A stretch of DNA of 64,000 nucleotides, taken from Octopus vulgaris (lineage: Eukaryota). Position 1 is the first letter of the stretch, and every line of letters begins with the position of its first letter. The stretch covers positions 79,670,001-79,734,000 of the forward strand of contig OX597826.1 of NCBI GenBank assembly GCA_951406725.2. The letters run 5' to 3'. The notes under the pieces are model-generated. The model was not told where the DNA came from. It ran no database searches and saw only the letters and a program-made list of their open reading frames with translations. Shown here one piece after another: positions 1-12,588 of this stretch. The translations under genes and the position numbers were made by a program.

Positions 1-38
<38 letters not shown>

Positions 39-229
39 ATTAGAGATAAAACCACAATTAGGCAAATGAAACAATGAAAACCATAAGCCAATACATAAAA
101 TTAATTAATTTATATTATTTTAAATATATATCAAAAGTATTAAAAGTTTAATGAAATATAAAGAGTAAAACACTACGATCGTTTCATGGCTGTACAATTC
201 GTAATAATATATATATATATATATATATG

Positions 230-445
230 CATGTGTGTGTGTGTGTGTTCCAACATCGCTTGTAGTGCGATGCTGTGTGTTTACGTCCCCGTAACCTAGC
301 GGTTCGGCAAAAAGAGACCGATAGAATAAGTACTAGATTTACAAAGAATAAGTCTTGGGGGTAGATTTGCTCGACTAAAAGGTGGTGCTCCAGCATAGCC
401 GCAGTCAAATGACTGAAACAAGTAATAGAATAAAAGAACAAAAGA
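230..445 (+). mobile_element. SINE family A, 3' half
   Basis: Matches the 3' half of 12589-13011 (caacatcgcttg...gcggttcggcaaaagagaccgatagaataagtact...gcagtcaaatgactgaaacaagta). Confidence 0.85.
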
Positions 446-530
446 ATATATATATATACATACATACATACATACATGCATGCATGCACGCACATACATA
501 CATACATACATACACACACACACATACACA

Positions 531-622
<92 letters not shown>

Positions 623-1495
623 TATGGCGATGAGATAGAGACATTACAGTACCAAAATTTTAATTCCACTGTGGCTGTTTTCTCATTTCACTTTACCAGA
701 GTCAATGATGCACGGAATATCAATCCAGTGTTGAAGTCTATTAAATGTAGGTGATCCCGTTTTCAAAATGGAGGCTTTTAAACGAATTTAGCAATCATTA
801 TAAAGATACACATCAGCGTAACAAACAAACAGCGATGAGGGATGTATTACGTGTGCGATGATAATGTGAAAGTAGAACAAGCTGAATCGAAAATTGCAAA
901 TATGTATTTAGGGCTGAGCTTGTAGAGTTGTTGCAAATATTCATTGTTAGCATCATTACCTGATAAAAGGCGCCAGAAAAATCAATCTTTGAGACTTACA
1001 GAGCTTATAATGCAATGCAGAAGAAAGCCATTCACAATGTTAGGAATGGTAAAAAAAATAATAATAAAATGAACGAATTGGAAACATGGCTTGTGATTAC
1101 TATGAATTATTTTTCTGATTTATTTCATGAGGTTGGCAAAGGTCATGCAGACAAAAGAACGCATTCATATTTACGAAATCAGATTTTGGGAAAGTTCTGT
1201 ATTCATTAATATAATTGTCATTATTGAATGCGTAAATCAAATTTCAGCTGAAGAAAAGTAAAGCAAAAATTTTAGGAACAACATGATAAAGAAGAAAAAA
1301 ATCTACCAATTCGTAAACAGAAAAATACGATGAACAACAGCAGAATATACGACACGTGTGCCATTAATTACAACTTAACTTGCAATTTGCGTTTTGCACG
1401 CTTTCATTTTGTATTAAGTATCGTTCATTTCCAGTTGATCTCTTAAGAATATAGATAGGAAGCTATTTAAAGTAATGGATTTAGGAAATTTCTGA

Positions 1496-1591
<96 letters not shown>
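1496..1591. repeat. (TATC)n microsatellite
   Basis: Perfect tetranucleotide array. Confidence 0.98.
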
Positions 1592-1592
<1 letters not shown>

Positions 1593-1691
1593 GATTTATG
1601 TATGTATCTATCTATTTCTATGTATATGTATATATTTAATTAACTACATATACATATATACATACACACAGACATATACACACACACATTC

Positions 1692-1727
<36 letters not shown>

Positions 1728-2441
1728 ATGTATAATACATATGCATAATTATACCAATGCTACACCGAACGCAAAGTGTTGCAACAATTCAGCATAGTGA
1801 ACGCTATAAATCAATAGATCAATAGCCAATAATGCATAGAGGAAGAGCATTCATCCGTCACTCAATCTATATTGCTATAAAACTGTCAGTTCTCCACATT
1901 CTAACGATACTAGATCAACAATTGCCTCCTGCTATGATATACAGGCCATGCAAGCGAGAGAGAGATAGCGACAGACAGTATTGCCGTGTAGGGTATTTAC
2001 GTTCTGTTGACAAAGCATAACTTAGAGAGACATGGTCGACGACAACCAGTCTTCCTCAGCCATATCACGTCATTGCGAGAATTTGCTTATCGTTATCTCT
2101 GCATCTTGTCAGTGCTGTTTGTCTGTTCGCTGGTTGCCGCTTCATACAATAGTTCTACGATGATAGTTTCGTTTCGATTTACGGTTTAGCGTTGAGATTA
2201 TCTACCTACCAGCTTGAATAAACCTCCTTTTCAAAATGCCTGTGTGTAAGCAAATATGGTTGACACACACACACACACAAATATATATATATTAGTCTAA
2301 GGTATATCCACCGCTTTATGTTAGGATAGGGTTTCTAGTCGCTAATCCGTATTCAAACCTCAGTATGTTGCTAGAAATTGCTTCACCGAAAGCTATACAC
2401 ACACACACACACACACACACACATGTTGGTGTCGTTATGTG

Positions 2442-2502
<61 letters not shown>

Positions 2503-3380
2503 ATATGTATATATATATATATATAAATTAGAGAAAAACCACCTCTTATCAATTCAAAATGAACAATTAAATTACACCATCTAGAAAATTACATATAATA
2601 GAAATATTAAAATAAAAATAACAATAATATACTGATGATTAAGTAAATTGCAAAGTAATATATAAAAACGTATATATTTGGTAGAATAACGACACGTGTT
2701 ATATATATAAGAATACGCATTAAGTACAAGACATCAACAGCGAGCGAAAAATACAAAGACACACGAAAGATAAGTACAGAACAAATACTAAAGGAAGTCT
2801 AACTCCTCCTCAGTTGTGGACTGTTTATTACTACCTGTTTCGAGCTTTCAACGGCAAGATAGGAATACTTCATAAGATAGCAGCATCCGGAAATTTTAGA
2901 AATATAAAATATGGTGAGTTACGCCTTCGAACGAACAACCAGCAATAGAGTGGCTGTATAGAGTAAAAAAATCGACGAAGAGAAACATTAAGGGCCGTTA
3001 GGCGAAGACGCATTGTAATGGGTAACACCAGGGAGAAATTTTGAAAGGATATAGAATAAATAAGAGAAGAAAATAGTAGAAGAGAGAAAAATGTCGGAAG
3101 GCGAGAGAAACGTCCCATTCAAAAAAGACAGAGACACGGTAAAAATGGCTTGTAGTCACGTGTGATCAACAGGCAGAGGAGAAGGTGGAGAAGACTGAGG
3201 AGAAAGGAAAGAAACGAAGGGAGTGACAAGAAGGAAGAAGGAATGAAAGTTAGACAGGGGACAGCAAAGAAGGAGGGGGAGAAAAAGAAATATGGAGGAT
3301 TATAGATAGATAGAGAGAAAGAAAGAAAATAGGCAGAGCGTGGAGTCGCAGAAATTATATATAAATGTAAAAAAACTTAC

Positions 3381-3595
3381 TACATTATTTACATTCGATG
3401 GATATTTTTCGTCATCTTGTTTGTTGTTAACACAACGTTTCAGCTGATATACCCTCCAGCCTTCATCAGGTGTCTTGGGGAAATTTCGAACATGGGTTTT
3501 CATTCCTAAAGTATTTTTTCGATTTTGTTGTTATTATCATTATTATTATTTAAGTCACTGCCTGGAATCGAACTCGGAATCTTGGGGTTAGTAGC
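3381..3595 (-). mobile_element. tRNA-headed SINE-like element containing a hammerhead ribozyme motif
   Basis: Minus strand reads: partial tRNA-like head with B-box GAGTTCGATTCC (3575-3564), (AAT)n spacer, hammerhead core, tail ...atgtaaataatgta. Tail fragment recurs at about 31880-31920. Confidence 0.7.
3429..3474 (-). ncRNA. Minimal type I hammerhead ribozyme (Penelope-type)
   Basis: GACAC-CUGAUGA-A-GGCUG-gaggguauau-CAGCU-GAAAC-GUU-GUGUU: intact core, stem I GACAC/GUGUU, stem II GGCUG/CAGCU, loopless palindromic stem III (AACGUU). Confidence 0.8.
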
Positions 3596-3633
3596 TTAGT
3601 AGAATTTTAGGGCTTATAAATCTAATATTTTCA

Positions 3634-3781
3634 AACCCAGCTTCGAAATTTCCCTGATGAAGGCTGGAGGGTATATCAGCCGAAACGTTGTGTTTACAAC
3701 AAACAAGTTGAGGACAAATATCCGTCAAATGTAAATGATGTAAATAATGTACATAATTCCTCATCTCTTAAATATTGAACT
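3634..3781 (+). mobile_element. Inverted, 5'-truncated second copy of the hammerhead-bearing element
   Basis: Reverse-complement match to about 3381-3498; core CTGATGA (3654-3660) and GAAACGTT (3682-3689) present, 5' strand of stem I deleted. Confidence 0.8.
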
Positions 3782-4214
3782 ATACAAAACTTACTGTTCA
3801 CAAAGGTTACGTAACGTTCAATTATAAATGATTAAAAATAGACATTAAGCACAAGACATCACAGATAGAGAGATAGAGAGATAGATAGAGAGATAGAGAG
3901 ATAGATAGATAGATAGACAGACAGACAAACAGATAGATAGATAGATAGATATCCAAATAATAAAACAAAGAAAATTCTTTAACACATCTTTAATGAAGCG
4001 TTACAGTGGTTTCTGTTCCAACTCTACTTGCCAAGTCAGTTTATGCAAAAATTCGAAGTTATGTTTGCGGTTTTAGACATGAGATGTCACATTGTTCATC
4101 TTCTACACCTTGTTTTTGGTTTATATCGGGAGGAAACAAAGAATGAAGTGTGGTTATGGGATGAGTAAGCATGGTAGAGATTACGTAGGGGGAGGGGATC
4201 AAGAGGAAGGATAC

Positions 4215-4241
4215 GAAGAAGAAGAAGAAGAAGAAGAAGAA

Positions 4242-4288
<47 letters not shown>

Positions 4289-4340
4289 AGAAGAAGAAGA
4301 AGAAGAAGAAGAAGAAGAAGAAGAAGAAGAAGAAGAAGAA
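4215..4340. repeat. (GAA)n microsatellite
   Basis: Near-perfect array; source of the poly-E and poly-L ORFs. Confidence 0.98.
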
Positions 4341-4505
4341 GGATTAGGACCAAATATAACAAATCGGTTTATTGGGACGTAGGCTAGTGGTCGGTTAGTT
4401 CAATAATTCCGAATTTTGTTTGGTGAGTGAAAATCTATTTAACTACCTTCACATTTCTGCTCATTTTTCTTCCAAACATACATACATACATACATACATA
4501 TAAAC

Positions 4506-4616
4506 AAGAATACTTTGTTGTTGATGTTGAGATTCCAATGAAAGAGCCTTGAATTTAGGTTAGAAACCGGCTCTGTCTTTTTTGACAAGAAACCTTGAAG
4601 TAAGATTGAACAATGA
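4506..4616 (+). mobile_element. 3' UTR fragment of RLE-type LINE inside a (CATA)n array
   Basis: Homologous to about 5518-5627; ends aatga followed by (CATA)n; CATA repeats on both sides. Confidence 0.65.
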
Positions 4617-4678
4617 CATACATACATACATACATACATACATACATACATACATACATACACACATACATACATACA

Positions 4679-4712
<34 letters not shown>

Positions 4713-4819
4713 CACACATACATACATACATACATACATACATACATACATACATACATACATACATACATACATACATACATACATACATACATACATA
4801 CATACATACATACATACAT
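4617..4819. repeat. (CATA)n microsatellite
   Basis: About 200 bp tetranucleotide array. Confidence 0.98.
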
Positions 4820-5206
4820 GGATGGAAGCACTCCGTCAGTTACGACGACGAGGGTTCCGGTTGATCCGAATCAACGGAACAGCCTGCTCGTGAAATTAAC
4901 GTGTAAGTGGATGAGCACTCCACAGACACGTGCACCCTTAACGTAGTTCTCGGGGATATTCAGCGTGACACAGAGAGTGACATGGCCGGCCCTTTGAAAT
5001 ACAGGTACAACAGAAACAGGAAGTAAGAGTGAGAGAAAGTTGTGGTGAAAGAGTACAGCAGGGATCACCACCATCCCCTGCCGGAGCCTCGTGGAGCTTT
5101 AAGTGTTTTCGCTCAATAAACACTCACAACGCCCTGTCTGGGAATCGAAACCGCGATCCTATGACCACGAGACCGCTGCGCTAACCACTGGGCCATTGCG
5201 CCTCCA
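4820..5206 (-). mobile_element. SINE family B, full length, tRNA-derived head
   Basis: Head tggaggcgcaatggcccagtggttag (A-box) and ggtttcgattcc (B-box), (CCAT) tail; nearly identical to 28860-29246. Confidence 0.92.
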
Positions 5207-5289
5207 CATGCATACATACATACATACATACATACATACATACATACATACATACATACATACATACATGCATACATATACACATACAC

Positions 5290-5627
5290 TGCCTAAATAT
5301 CAATCTAGAGAAATTAGGTTTCTCAAAATCAGAAAGGAGAAAGCTGATTCGCAGCCTACAGATCCAATCCATCAAGGGAACAGTTAAAATGTGTGAAACT
5401 TTCAAGAAATTTATCATTTAAGTATATATGACCTTGTTTTAGATATGCGAGTATATGTATGAGAATACATACATAAAGCAAAACATACAAATCTGCACAT
5501 ATGCATTCATGCATACGAAAATACCCTGTTATTGATGTTGAAATTTCAATGATGGGGCTTTGGATCTCGGCTAGAAACCGGGTCTTTCTCTATTGGCTAA
5601 AAATCTTGAAATAAAACTGAATAATGA
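5290..5627 (+). mobile_element. 3' end of an RLE-type (R4/Dong-like) non-LTR retrotransposon
   Basis: 5290-5421 translates [43 protein letters not shown], resembling the C-terminus that follows the restriction-like endonuclease; then about 200 bp 3' UTR; flanked by (CATA)n. Confidence 0.65.
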
Positions 5628-5652
5628 CATACATACATATATACATGCATGC

Positions 5653-5695
<43 letters not shown>

Positions 5696-5769
5696 CATGC
5701 ATACATCCATAGATATATGTGCTAAAAGTTTTCAGAATACATCAAAAGGGTATTTTAGTGACTGTAAAA

Positions 5770-6068
5770 CTTGTAACAATATAGTCTAATGAACAGATGA
5801 GCTCAAATATTTTATGAACTTGACAATAATGCACAGAATGGAATCATATTAGAAAACATAATGAATGCGTGTAAAAATAACCGGAGCACATGCAATATAA
5901 CGAACGATGAGACGAAAGGCTTTGCGTCATAATTACAGGTGTTTGTGTAGAAAGTCTCGGTTGAGGAAATCCTTATTCAATGCTAAAGGATCATAAAGAT
6001 AATTTTAGAATGAAGCCTAAATGCGAGTTAATCAATAGAGAAGCACAGAAATTGGAATAGTAACAAAC
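5770..6068 (+). pseudogene. Penelope-like reverse transcriptase remnant (N-terminal part)
   Basis: 5980-6036 translates MLKDHKDNFRMKPKCELIN, resembling the PLE motif TLKDHKxNFxxxPKCRLINP; stops and frameshifts around it. Confidence 0.6.
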
Positions 6069-6240
6069 TTAGCACGACAGAAAAATCGCAGAACCTCAGT
6101 TTAACGGCAAGATGGACGCCTAAAATATGCGTAGATCTACGCCTTCAGTGTTGTCGAGCCCAAACCAGCCACCTTTCGGTGCTTTCCTCTCCAAGTTCTA
6201 GAATTTAGTAAAATATACATCATCGCTAAAATTAATATTA

Positions 6241-6631
6241 ATTTCAAATTTTGACACAAGGCAAGCAATTTCAGGAGCGGGTTATAAGTCAACCTTCAGT
6301 ACTCAACTGGTACTTATTTAATCGACCCCGAAAGGATGAAAGGCAAAGTCGACCTCGGCGGAATTTGAACTCAGAACGTAGCGGCAGACGAAATACCTAT
6401 TTATTTACTACCCACAAAGGGCTAAACACAGAGAGAACAAACAAGGACAGACAAACGGATTAAGTCGAATTATATCGACCCCAGTGCGTAACTGGTACTT
6501 ATTTAATCGACCCCGAAAGAATGAAAGGCAAAGTCGACCTCGGCGGAATTTGAACTCAGAACGTAGGGGCAGACGAAATCCGGCTACGCATTTCGCCCGG
6601 CGTCCTAACGTTTCTGCCAGCTCGCCGCCTT
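6241..6631 (-). mobile_element. SINE family C, dimeric copy
   Basis: Head aaggcggcgagctggcagaaacgttag, B-box gagttcaaattcc; second unit starts at ggtatttcgtctg (6397); outer TSD cgctaa(a/t)at(t/c)aatatta at 6224-6240 and 6634-6650. Confidence 0.9.
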
Positions 6632-7649
6632 AGCGCTAATATCAATATTAATATTCTAATGAACACATGTTCGTCATTATTTTATAAATTCTTCCGGGTT
6701 AAGTAACTATACATTTTGTCGAACTATTTATATTGCATTTTCAAAGAAATAAAATAGAAGCAAAACTTATAGTAACATACAGAGATAATGGATTCACTGT
6801 ATCCTATGATACGGACGAACAAGCCATGGATGAACTTACAAATTGATTTGCATGGTCAGACAATTTAATCCAAAAAATTACAATAAGTGCTATTCTGTAA
6901 ATAGTAAATTTCCTAAAATTCATCTGAGCGCTAGTAAAAGCAAGACCGTGTAATAATTTGAGCGAAGATATAATATGAATTCATTAAAGATTCCAAACTT
7001 TAACTGCAATCATTACACATATTGTAAACAATATCAGATGTCGAATTTCCAGTCTTCACGAGACACTGATATACGTACCAAACGAAATACTTTTCACGAG
7101 AGGACATTAAGAAGATGTCCTCCTTAAGTTGAATCTATAAAGAGTGAAATCTGTGTGTGTATTTAAGTCGAGCTGTTGATGTAGCCATGACGTTCGGGTG
7201 ATCTTTATTTGCAGTCATTTGTGAATATACAATTGTATTACACAATATTAACGCATTGCAATATTAACGCATTGCACGTACAGTTTCTTATATATATATA
7301 TAAGATCTTAGAGAGATCCTTTGAAGGCGTATAGTGTTAAGAATACACAGTTTCACTCAAAGCTACGCGAAACGAAACCGTTCGGAAAGTGAAGGAGTTC
7401 GACAAATATTTTGCAGCTTTTACTGTTGACTGGTGTTGTTTCCTGGCGCCACATTCGAAAATAAATCGAACCGCCACATGGAAGTTACAAATCTATTTGT
7501 AGATATAAAAAGTGCTGCACAAATAGAACAAAATAAAAAATTTGTTTTAGAAGTGTCACAGTATTGTAAATATTATCAACATCACAAACTTACGTATGCA
7601 ATGTAGAAGTTTAAATTATTAAGCTGCTTTTAACGGTAAGTTTGAACAT

Positions 7650-7752
<103 letters not shown>

Positions 7753-7756
7753 CAGT

Positions 7757-8100
7757 GAAGGCGCATGGCTCAGTGGTTAGAGCGTCGAGCTTACGATCGT
7801 GAGGTTGTGAGCTCGAATCCCGGACCGGGCTGCGTGTTGTGTTCTTGAGCAAGACACTTTATTTCACGTTGCTCCAGTTCACTCAGCTGTAGAAATGAGT
7901 TGCGACGTCACTGGTGCCAAGCTGTATCGGCCCCTTTGCCTTTCCCTTGGACAACATCGGTGACGTGGAGAGGGGAGGCCGGTATGCATGGGCGACTGCT
8001 GGTCTTCCATCAAACAACCTTGCCCAGACTTGTGCCTCAGAGGGTAACTCTCTAGGTGCAAACCCATGGTCACTCATGACCGAAGGGGGTCTTTACCCTT
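7757..8100 (+). mobile_element. tRNA-headed SINE with CORE-like domain and RTE-like body
   Basis: A-box tggctcagtgg, B-box-like gctcgaatccc, CORE-like gtgttcttgagcaagacacttt...cagctgtagaaatgagt; body homologous to 10320-10450. Confidence 0.85.
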
Positions 8101-8204
8101 TATATATATACACTATACACATATATATATGTTCATACATTTATATATATATATATATATATAAATTCATATGTGTATGTTTATACACACACACACACAA
8201 GCAT

Positions 8205-8379
8205 TGCTAAGCACTAAACCTTTTTATTTTCTCTCCCTGTTTATTTCTTCTGTGTTCCTTTCTGTCAAAGAGCGTGAGCTCAAAACATAAAAGACTTTCT
8301 CACTTACCGAGCGTTAAACTAATACATATGTTTGTTGTCTACAACACCTGCCTTCAACTTTTGTTTTTTTGATAAATTC

Positions 8380-8385
<6 letters not shown>
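8205..8385 (+). mobile_element. (TA)n-anchored small repeat with decayed hammerhead-like motif
   Basis: Reverse complement of 18910-19090; decayed motif at 8258-8293; another fragment at 30255-30372. Confidence 0.7.
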
Positions 8386-8422
<37 letters not shown>

Positions 8423-9142
8423 GTAATAATACATATACGTAATGCATACATATATATATGCATTTATATATATACATATATATATATAAATGCATACATA
8501 TATTTATAAACACATATATGTATTACGTGCATATATAACGGCGGTGCATCAGCATGGCCGCAGGTATGAGATGAAACTAGAGAGAAATACACACACACAC
8601 ACACACACTCACGCACACACACGCACACACACACACATACACACGCACACACACACGCACACACACACACACAGACACACACACGCACGGGGTTTGTTTA
8701 AATCATTGTACGTACAATTTTATAAATGTTTATGGAAAGATTTTTCAGTAAAAAGCTAAAAAAAAAGTACAACTGAAAACAAGTGCAAGTGAAAAAGCAA
8801 TATGTTTTTGAACAGCCTTCTTCTTGAGATTGCTTATTCTCAGAATGGCCTCCAGCAAACCGCATACAAACCGTAATACTACGAATCCGAAGTCCTAAAG
8901 CGAAGGTGGCTTTTAGTCATACGCGGGATTCTATGAAACATCTTAAACCCGCAAGCCATGTATAAATCGAACTGAAGTTCGATAAACAAGATGTCGTTAC
9001 CTCTCACAACTAATAATGAATCATTAATTATTATGATAAAAAAAAGCTAATTACTAATTATAATAAATATGACCCGCAAAATAGATACATCAGGCTTTTA
9101 TATATCACGTTGACTGGGATATTGGTTATAAAATTATACATG

Positions 9143-9190
<48 letters not shown>

Positions 9191-9201
<11 letters not shown>

Positions 9202-9288
9202 TAGAGGGAAACCACTATGTGGACACCCTTATGTTAGAAATAGATCCGCTATTTGTCCACATAGTGGTTTCCCTCTAATATGTATATA
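9191..9288. repeat. Inverted repeat with about 35 bp perfect arms beside (TA)n
   Basis: tacatattagagggaaaccactatgtggaca / tgtccacatagtggtttccctctaatatgta; left arm recurs at 29553. Confidence 0.9.
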
Positions 9289-9387
9289 ATACAATTTTAC
9301 TGAACCTTCAGTTTTTTTATATGCTAGACCACTGGTGTGAAATCGATGTTAATTAAATTAATAGCTAATTTCTCACCCTCATTTTAA

Positions 9388-9442
<55 letters not shown>

Positions 9443-9502
9443 TATGTGTGAATGTACGTGTGTGTGTGTGCGCGCGTACATTTGTATGTATGTATATGCA
9501 TA

Positions 9503-9661
9503 GGTACTGACGTGGTTGCGTGGTAAGACGCTCCGCTTCGAAACCACATTGTTCGCGGTTCAGGCCTACAGTGTGGGCATTTCGAGAAGTCTCTTCCACG
9601 ATAGCACCGGGACATCCAAAGCAATGTGCGTGGGTTTGTTTGGCGGAAACTGAGAAAAGCC

Positions 9662-9712
<51 letters not shown>

Positions 9713-10038
9713 TGTATACATATGCTTGTGTGTGTATGTGTGTGTGTCTTCTGTGTGTATGTGTGTGTATCTGTGTGTTTGTGTGTGTTCATATGAGTGG
9801 ATATGTGTATACATGTATATGTATGTGTGTATGTTAACGTTTGCTCATCATACCGCTTGGCAACCGATATTGGTTTGTTTACATCTTCGTATCGTAGCGG
9901 TCCAGCAAAAAGAAACCGATAGTATATGTACAGGTCTAAAAGTAAGTACTGGGATAGATTTGTCAGACTAAACCATTCAAGGCGCTGCCCCAGCGTGGCC
10001 GCAGTCCAATGAGTGAAACTAGTAAAGGATAAAGGATA
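9503..10038 (+). mobile_element. SINE family A, diverged copy with expanded internal microsatellite
   Basis: Collinear with 12589-13011; internal (TA)n(TG)n about 165 bp. Confidence 0.75.
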
Positions 10039-10204
10039 AGTGAGTTTGTGTCTACATTTGGTGAGTTGGTGTGTGATAAATTTGCAAGAGATTTAGGATA
10101 ATCTGTAGTTAAGTAATGATTAATTAGTTTTAAACTTGAATCTGAGAAGCAAAATCATAAACATGGTTTTAAAAGGGGTTCGTTAACTGACAGTACTCGG
10201 ATAT

Positions 10205-10535
10205 AGGCCCCTATCCAGGATTACAGAAAGGAAATAACCTTCAAAGAAATCCGGAGTGGAGCTCCGTAGGCGGTTTGGTGTTCGATTCAACACTCTTCCG
10301 GCAGCTCCTGCAACCAAGTTGGTGCCAAACGTAATGCTCTGCACTCCTTTGGACTACGTCAGCAAGGTCGAGAGAGGAATCCTGATGATTGGGCTACCCA
10401 GGGTTTTCTTACATCTAGCCCAGGACTGTGCAAAACTGGAGAGGAAACTGGAGAGGACATGAAATGTAAGCACCGGATTGGATTAGTTTATGCGCAACTC
10501 CATTGTCTTCCGAGACAAAAGGATGCCAATAACAA
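10205..10535 (+). mobile_element. Non-autonomous RTE-like element without tRNA head
   Basis: GC-richer island (ccggcagctcctgcaaccaagttggtgccaaac...) sharing ordered blocks with the SINE at 7757; short aataacaac tail. Confidence 0.5.
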
Positions 10536-10556
10536 CTATATAAAATACGTTATATA

Positions 10557-10988
10557 CAGGGGTGGCTCCAAAGTAGGTCTACGGTTATTCAACTGTCTCT
10601 TTCGCATTCATATATTAACAGTTTAGGGGCTGCAAGTTGGCAGAATCGTTAGCACGCCGGGTGAAGTGTTTAGCGGTATTTCGTCTGCCGTTATGTTCTG
10701 AGTTCAAATTCTGCCGAGGTCGACTTTGCCTTTTATCGTTTCGAGATCGATAAAATAAGTACCAGCTACGCTTTCTCTTTACTTGTCCTTATTTGTCCCC
10801 TCTATGTTTAGCCCCCTGTGGGCAATAAAGAAATAAATATTAACAGTTTAGATCTTAATTTTAAAAAAACCCATCATTCTATACTAATTTAGTTAATTAT
10901 AAGATAGAAATTTAAATGTAATGAAATGTTCTAAAAGAAATTTAAAGTGCCTACATGATAACTGTAAACCTACTTTTGGGCCACCCTG
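10557..10988. mobile_element. Tc1/mariner-type MITE
   Basis: Imperfect TIRs caggggtggctccaaagtaggtctacggttat / ataactgtaaacctacttttgggccaccctg; TA on the left. Confidence 0.8.
10627..10836 (+). mobile_element. SINE family C nested in the MITE
   Basis: Perfect 15 bp TSD atattaacagtttag at 10612-10626 and 10837-10851. Confidence 0.9.
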
Positions 10989-11054
10989 TTTTATTGTATA
11001 CAAAAACAATATATATATATTATAATATCGTGGGTTTCGATGTATATTTTTTAT

Positions 11055-11510
11055 CGATTGCTTGTTTCAGTCATTAGATTGCGACCATAATGTATTTCCT
11101 TGTCTTTTTTAAAGCCTGGTGCTTAATCTATCGGTCTATTTTGCTGAAACGTTAAGTTATGTGGACCTAAACACAACAACTCTTGTTGCTAATCAATGGT
11201 ACCGAAAAATACAAAGATACACGCGGGCGCTCCCTGTCTGTCTGTCTCTCGCTCTCTCTCTCTCTCACACACACACACATACATTCATACGTACATACAT
11301 ACAAACGTACACACACACACACACATACATGCAAACGCACACACACACACATAGTTCCCCCCACACACGTATACGACAAGCTTCTTCCAGTTTCCGTCTA
11401 CCAAATCTTTTCACAAGGCTTTTGTTGGCTCGAGGCTGTAGGAGAAGACACTTGCCCTCAGTGCCATGCGGTGGGGCCGAACCCGGAACCGAGTGGTTAG
11501 AAAGCAAACT
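11055..11510 (-). mobile_element. SINE family A, diverged copy
   Basis: agtttccgtctaccaaatc...agaagacacttgccc...gaacccggaacc matches family A in reverse. Confidence 0.8.
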
Positions 11511-12167
11511 TAAAGATGTCTACCTAATTTCGTAATGCACTTCCATCAATGCTTAACCTGCTCAAGAGAGTCTGATATTTATCGCATTTCTCTCTTCTCT
11601 TTCTGTTTCGTTTTATTTTCCTTTATATTTGCTTTCTGACGATAAACAAACCCTACATAAACAGGAATTTCATACAGTTTTTCTTTTTTGTTTGTACCAA
11701 TGCCACAGTTATCATTAATTAATTATTTATATCACGCAATATACACATTATGGGTTTATTTTTCTGGTGTTAGCTTTTCGATGTTTATACGCTAGGGATG
11801 ATTATGGATTAAATGCTTTTGATTGGAAGCCAGCTCGATCAGGGCTGACTTCAGACAATAACAACAGTAAAAACGTAAACAGGTTTTCGAGGTCAGCACA
11901 ACCAGATTCCAGAAACAACTTCCCCGCTTCAAACTCTCTCCACTATGGCTGAATTTGTGTTGCTGAGTATTTATGTTTAAAAGCATTTCTCTGCGTTTAT
12001 CCACGTCCACACTAATGACCGTTTATTTATATACGCATAGGTAAATATATGGAGACGATATGAAAAAGAAAAATGAAGCAAACACATCCTTATTTGTGTA
12101 CACATCACGTATTTATTACCACATGTGTTTATGATCACGTGTTTTTATGCATGGGCATTCATCTCGT

Positions 12168-12198
<31 letters not shown>

Positions 12199-12464
12199 AG
12201 CATACATCTCCTCTTTTATATGACAACCATAGACAAACATATAACTACTCGTACTTATGTTCAGATATATTATTATATGTCTGTGTGCTCGTATATCCTC
12301 ATAATATTATGTCCGTTTATTGTACGTTTATTAACGTGCAATTATGTCCACTTTTGTTCACTTGCCTTTTTAATGCATACATATGTTCTCGAGTGTTCCT
12401 AAGTTCTTTTACAAAAACTGAAGGACCTCTGTAATAAGTATGTGAATCCTAGAGGGGAGCAGGT

Positions 12465-12546
12465 TGAGTAAAATCATAATCAACTGACCCCCACCCCCTA
12501 TATTTCCTTTTACCCAAAGCCAGGAGCTTTTCAGTACCCCCTCGTA
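12465..12546 (-). mobile_element. Mariner-type MITE end
   Basis: aaagccaggagcttttcagtacccc...ctcg followed by TA matches the TIR of 47682-47873. Confidence 0.7.
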
Positions 12547-12588
12547 TGAGTATACTTTTTTTTATGTTGGGTACATAGACAATATGAA

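Noticed and set aside
1790-1895. CCAAT, CGTCA, TATAAAA and TCAGTT promoter-like cluster
   Set aside because: TATA to Inr spacing is far too short and short motifs are expected by chance; no downstream exon identified.
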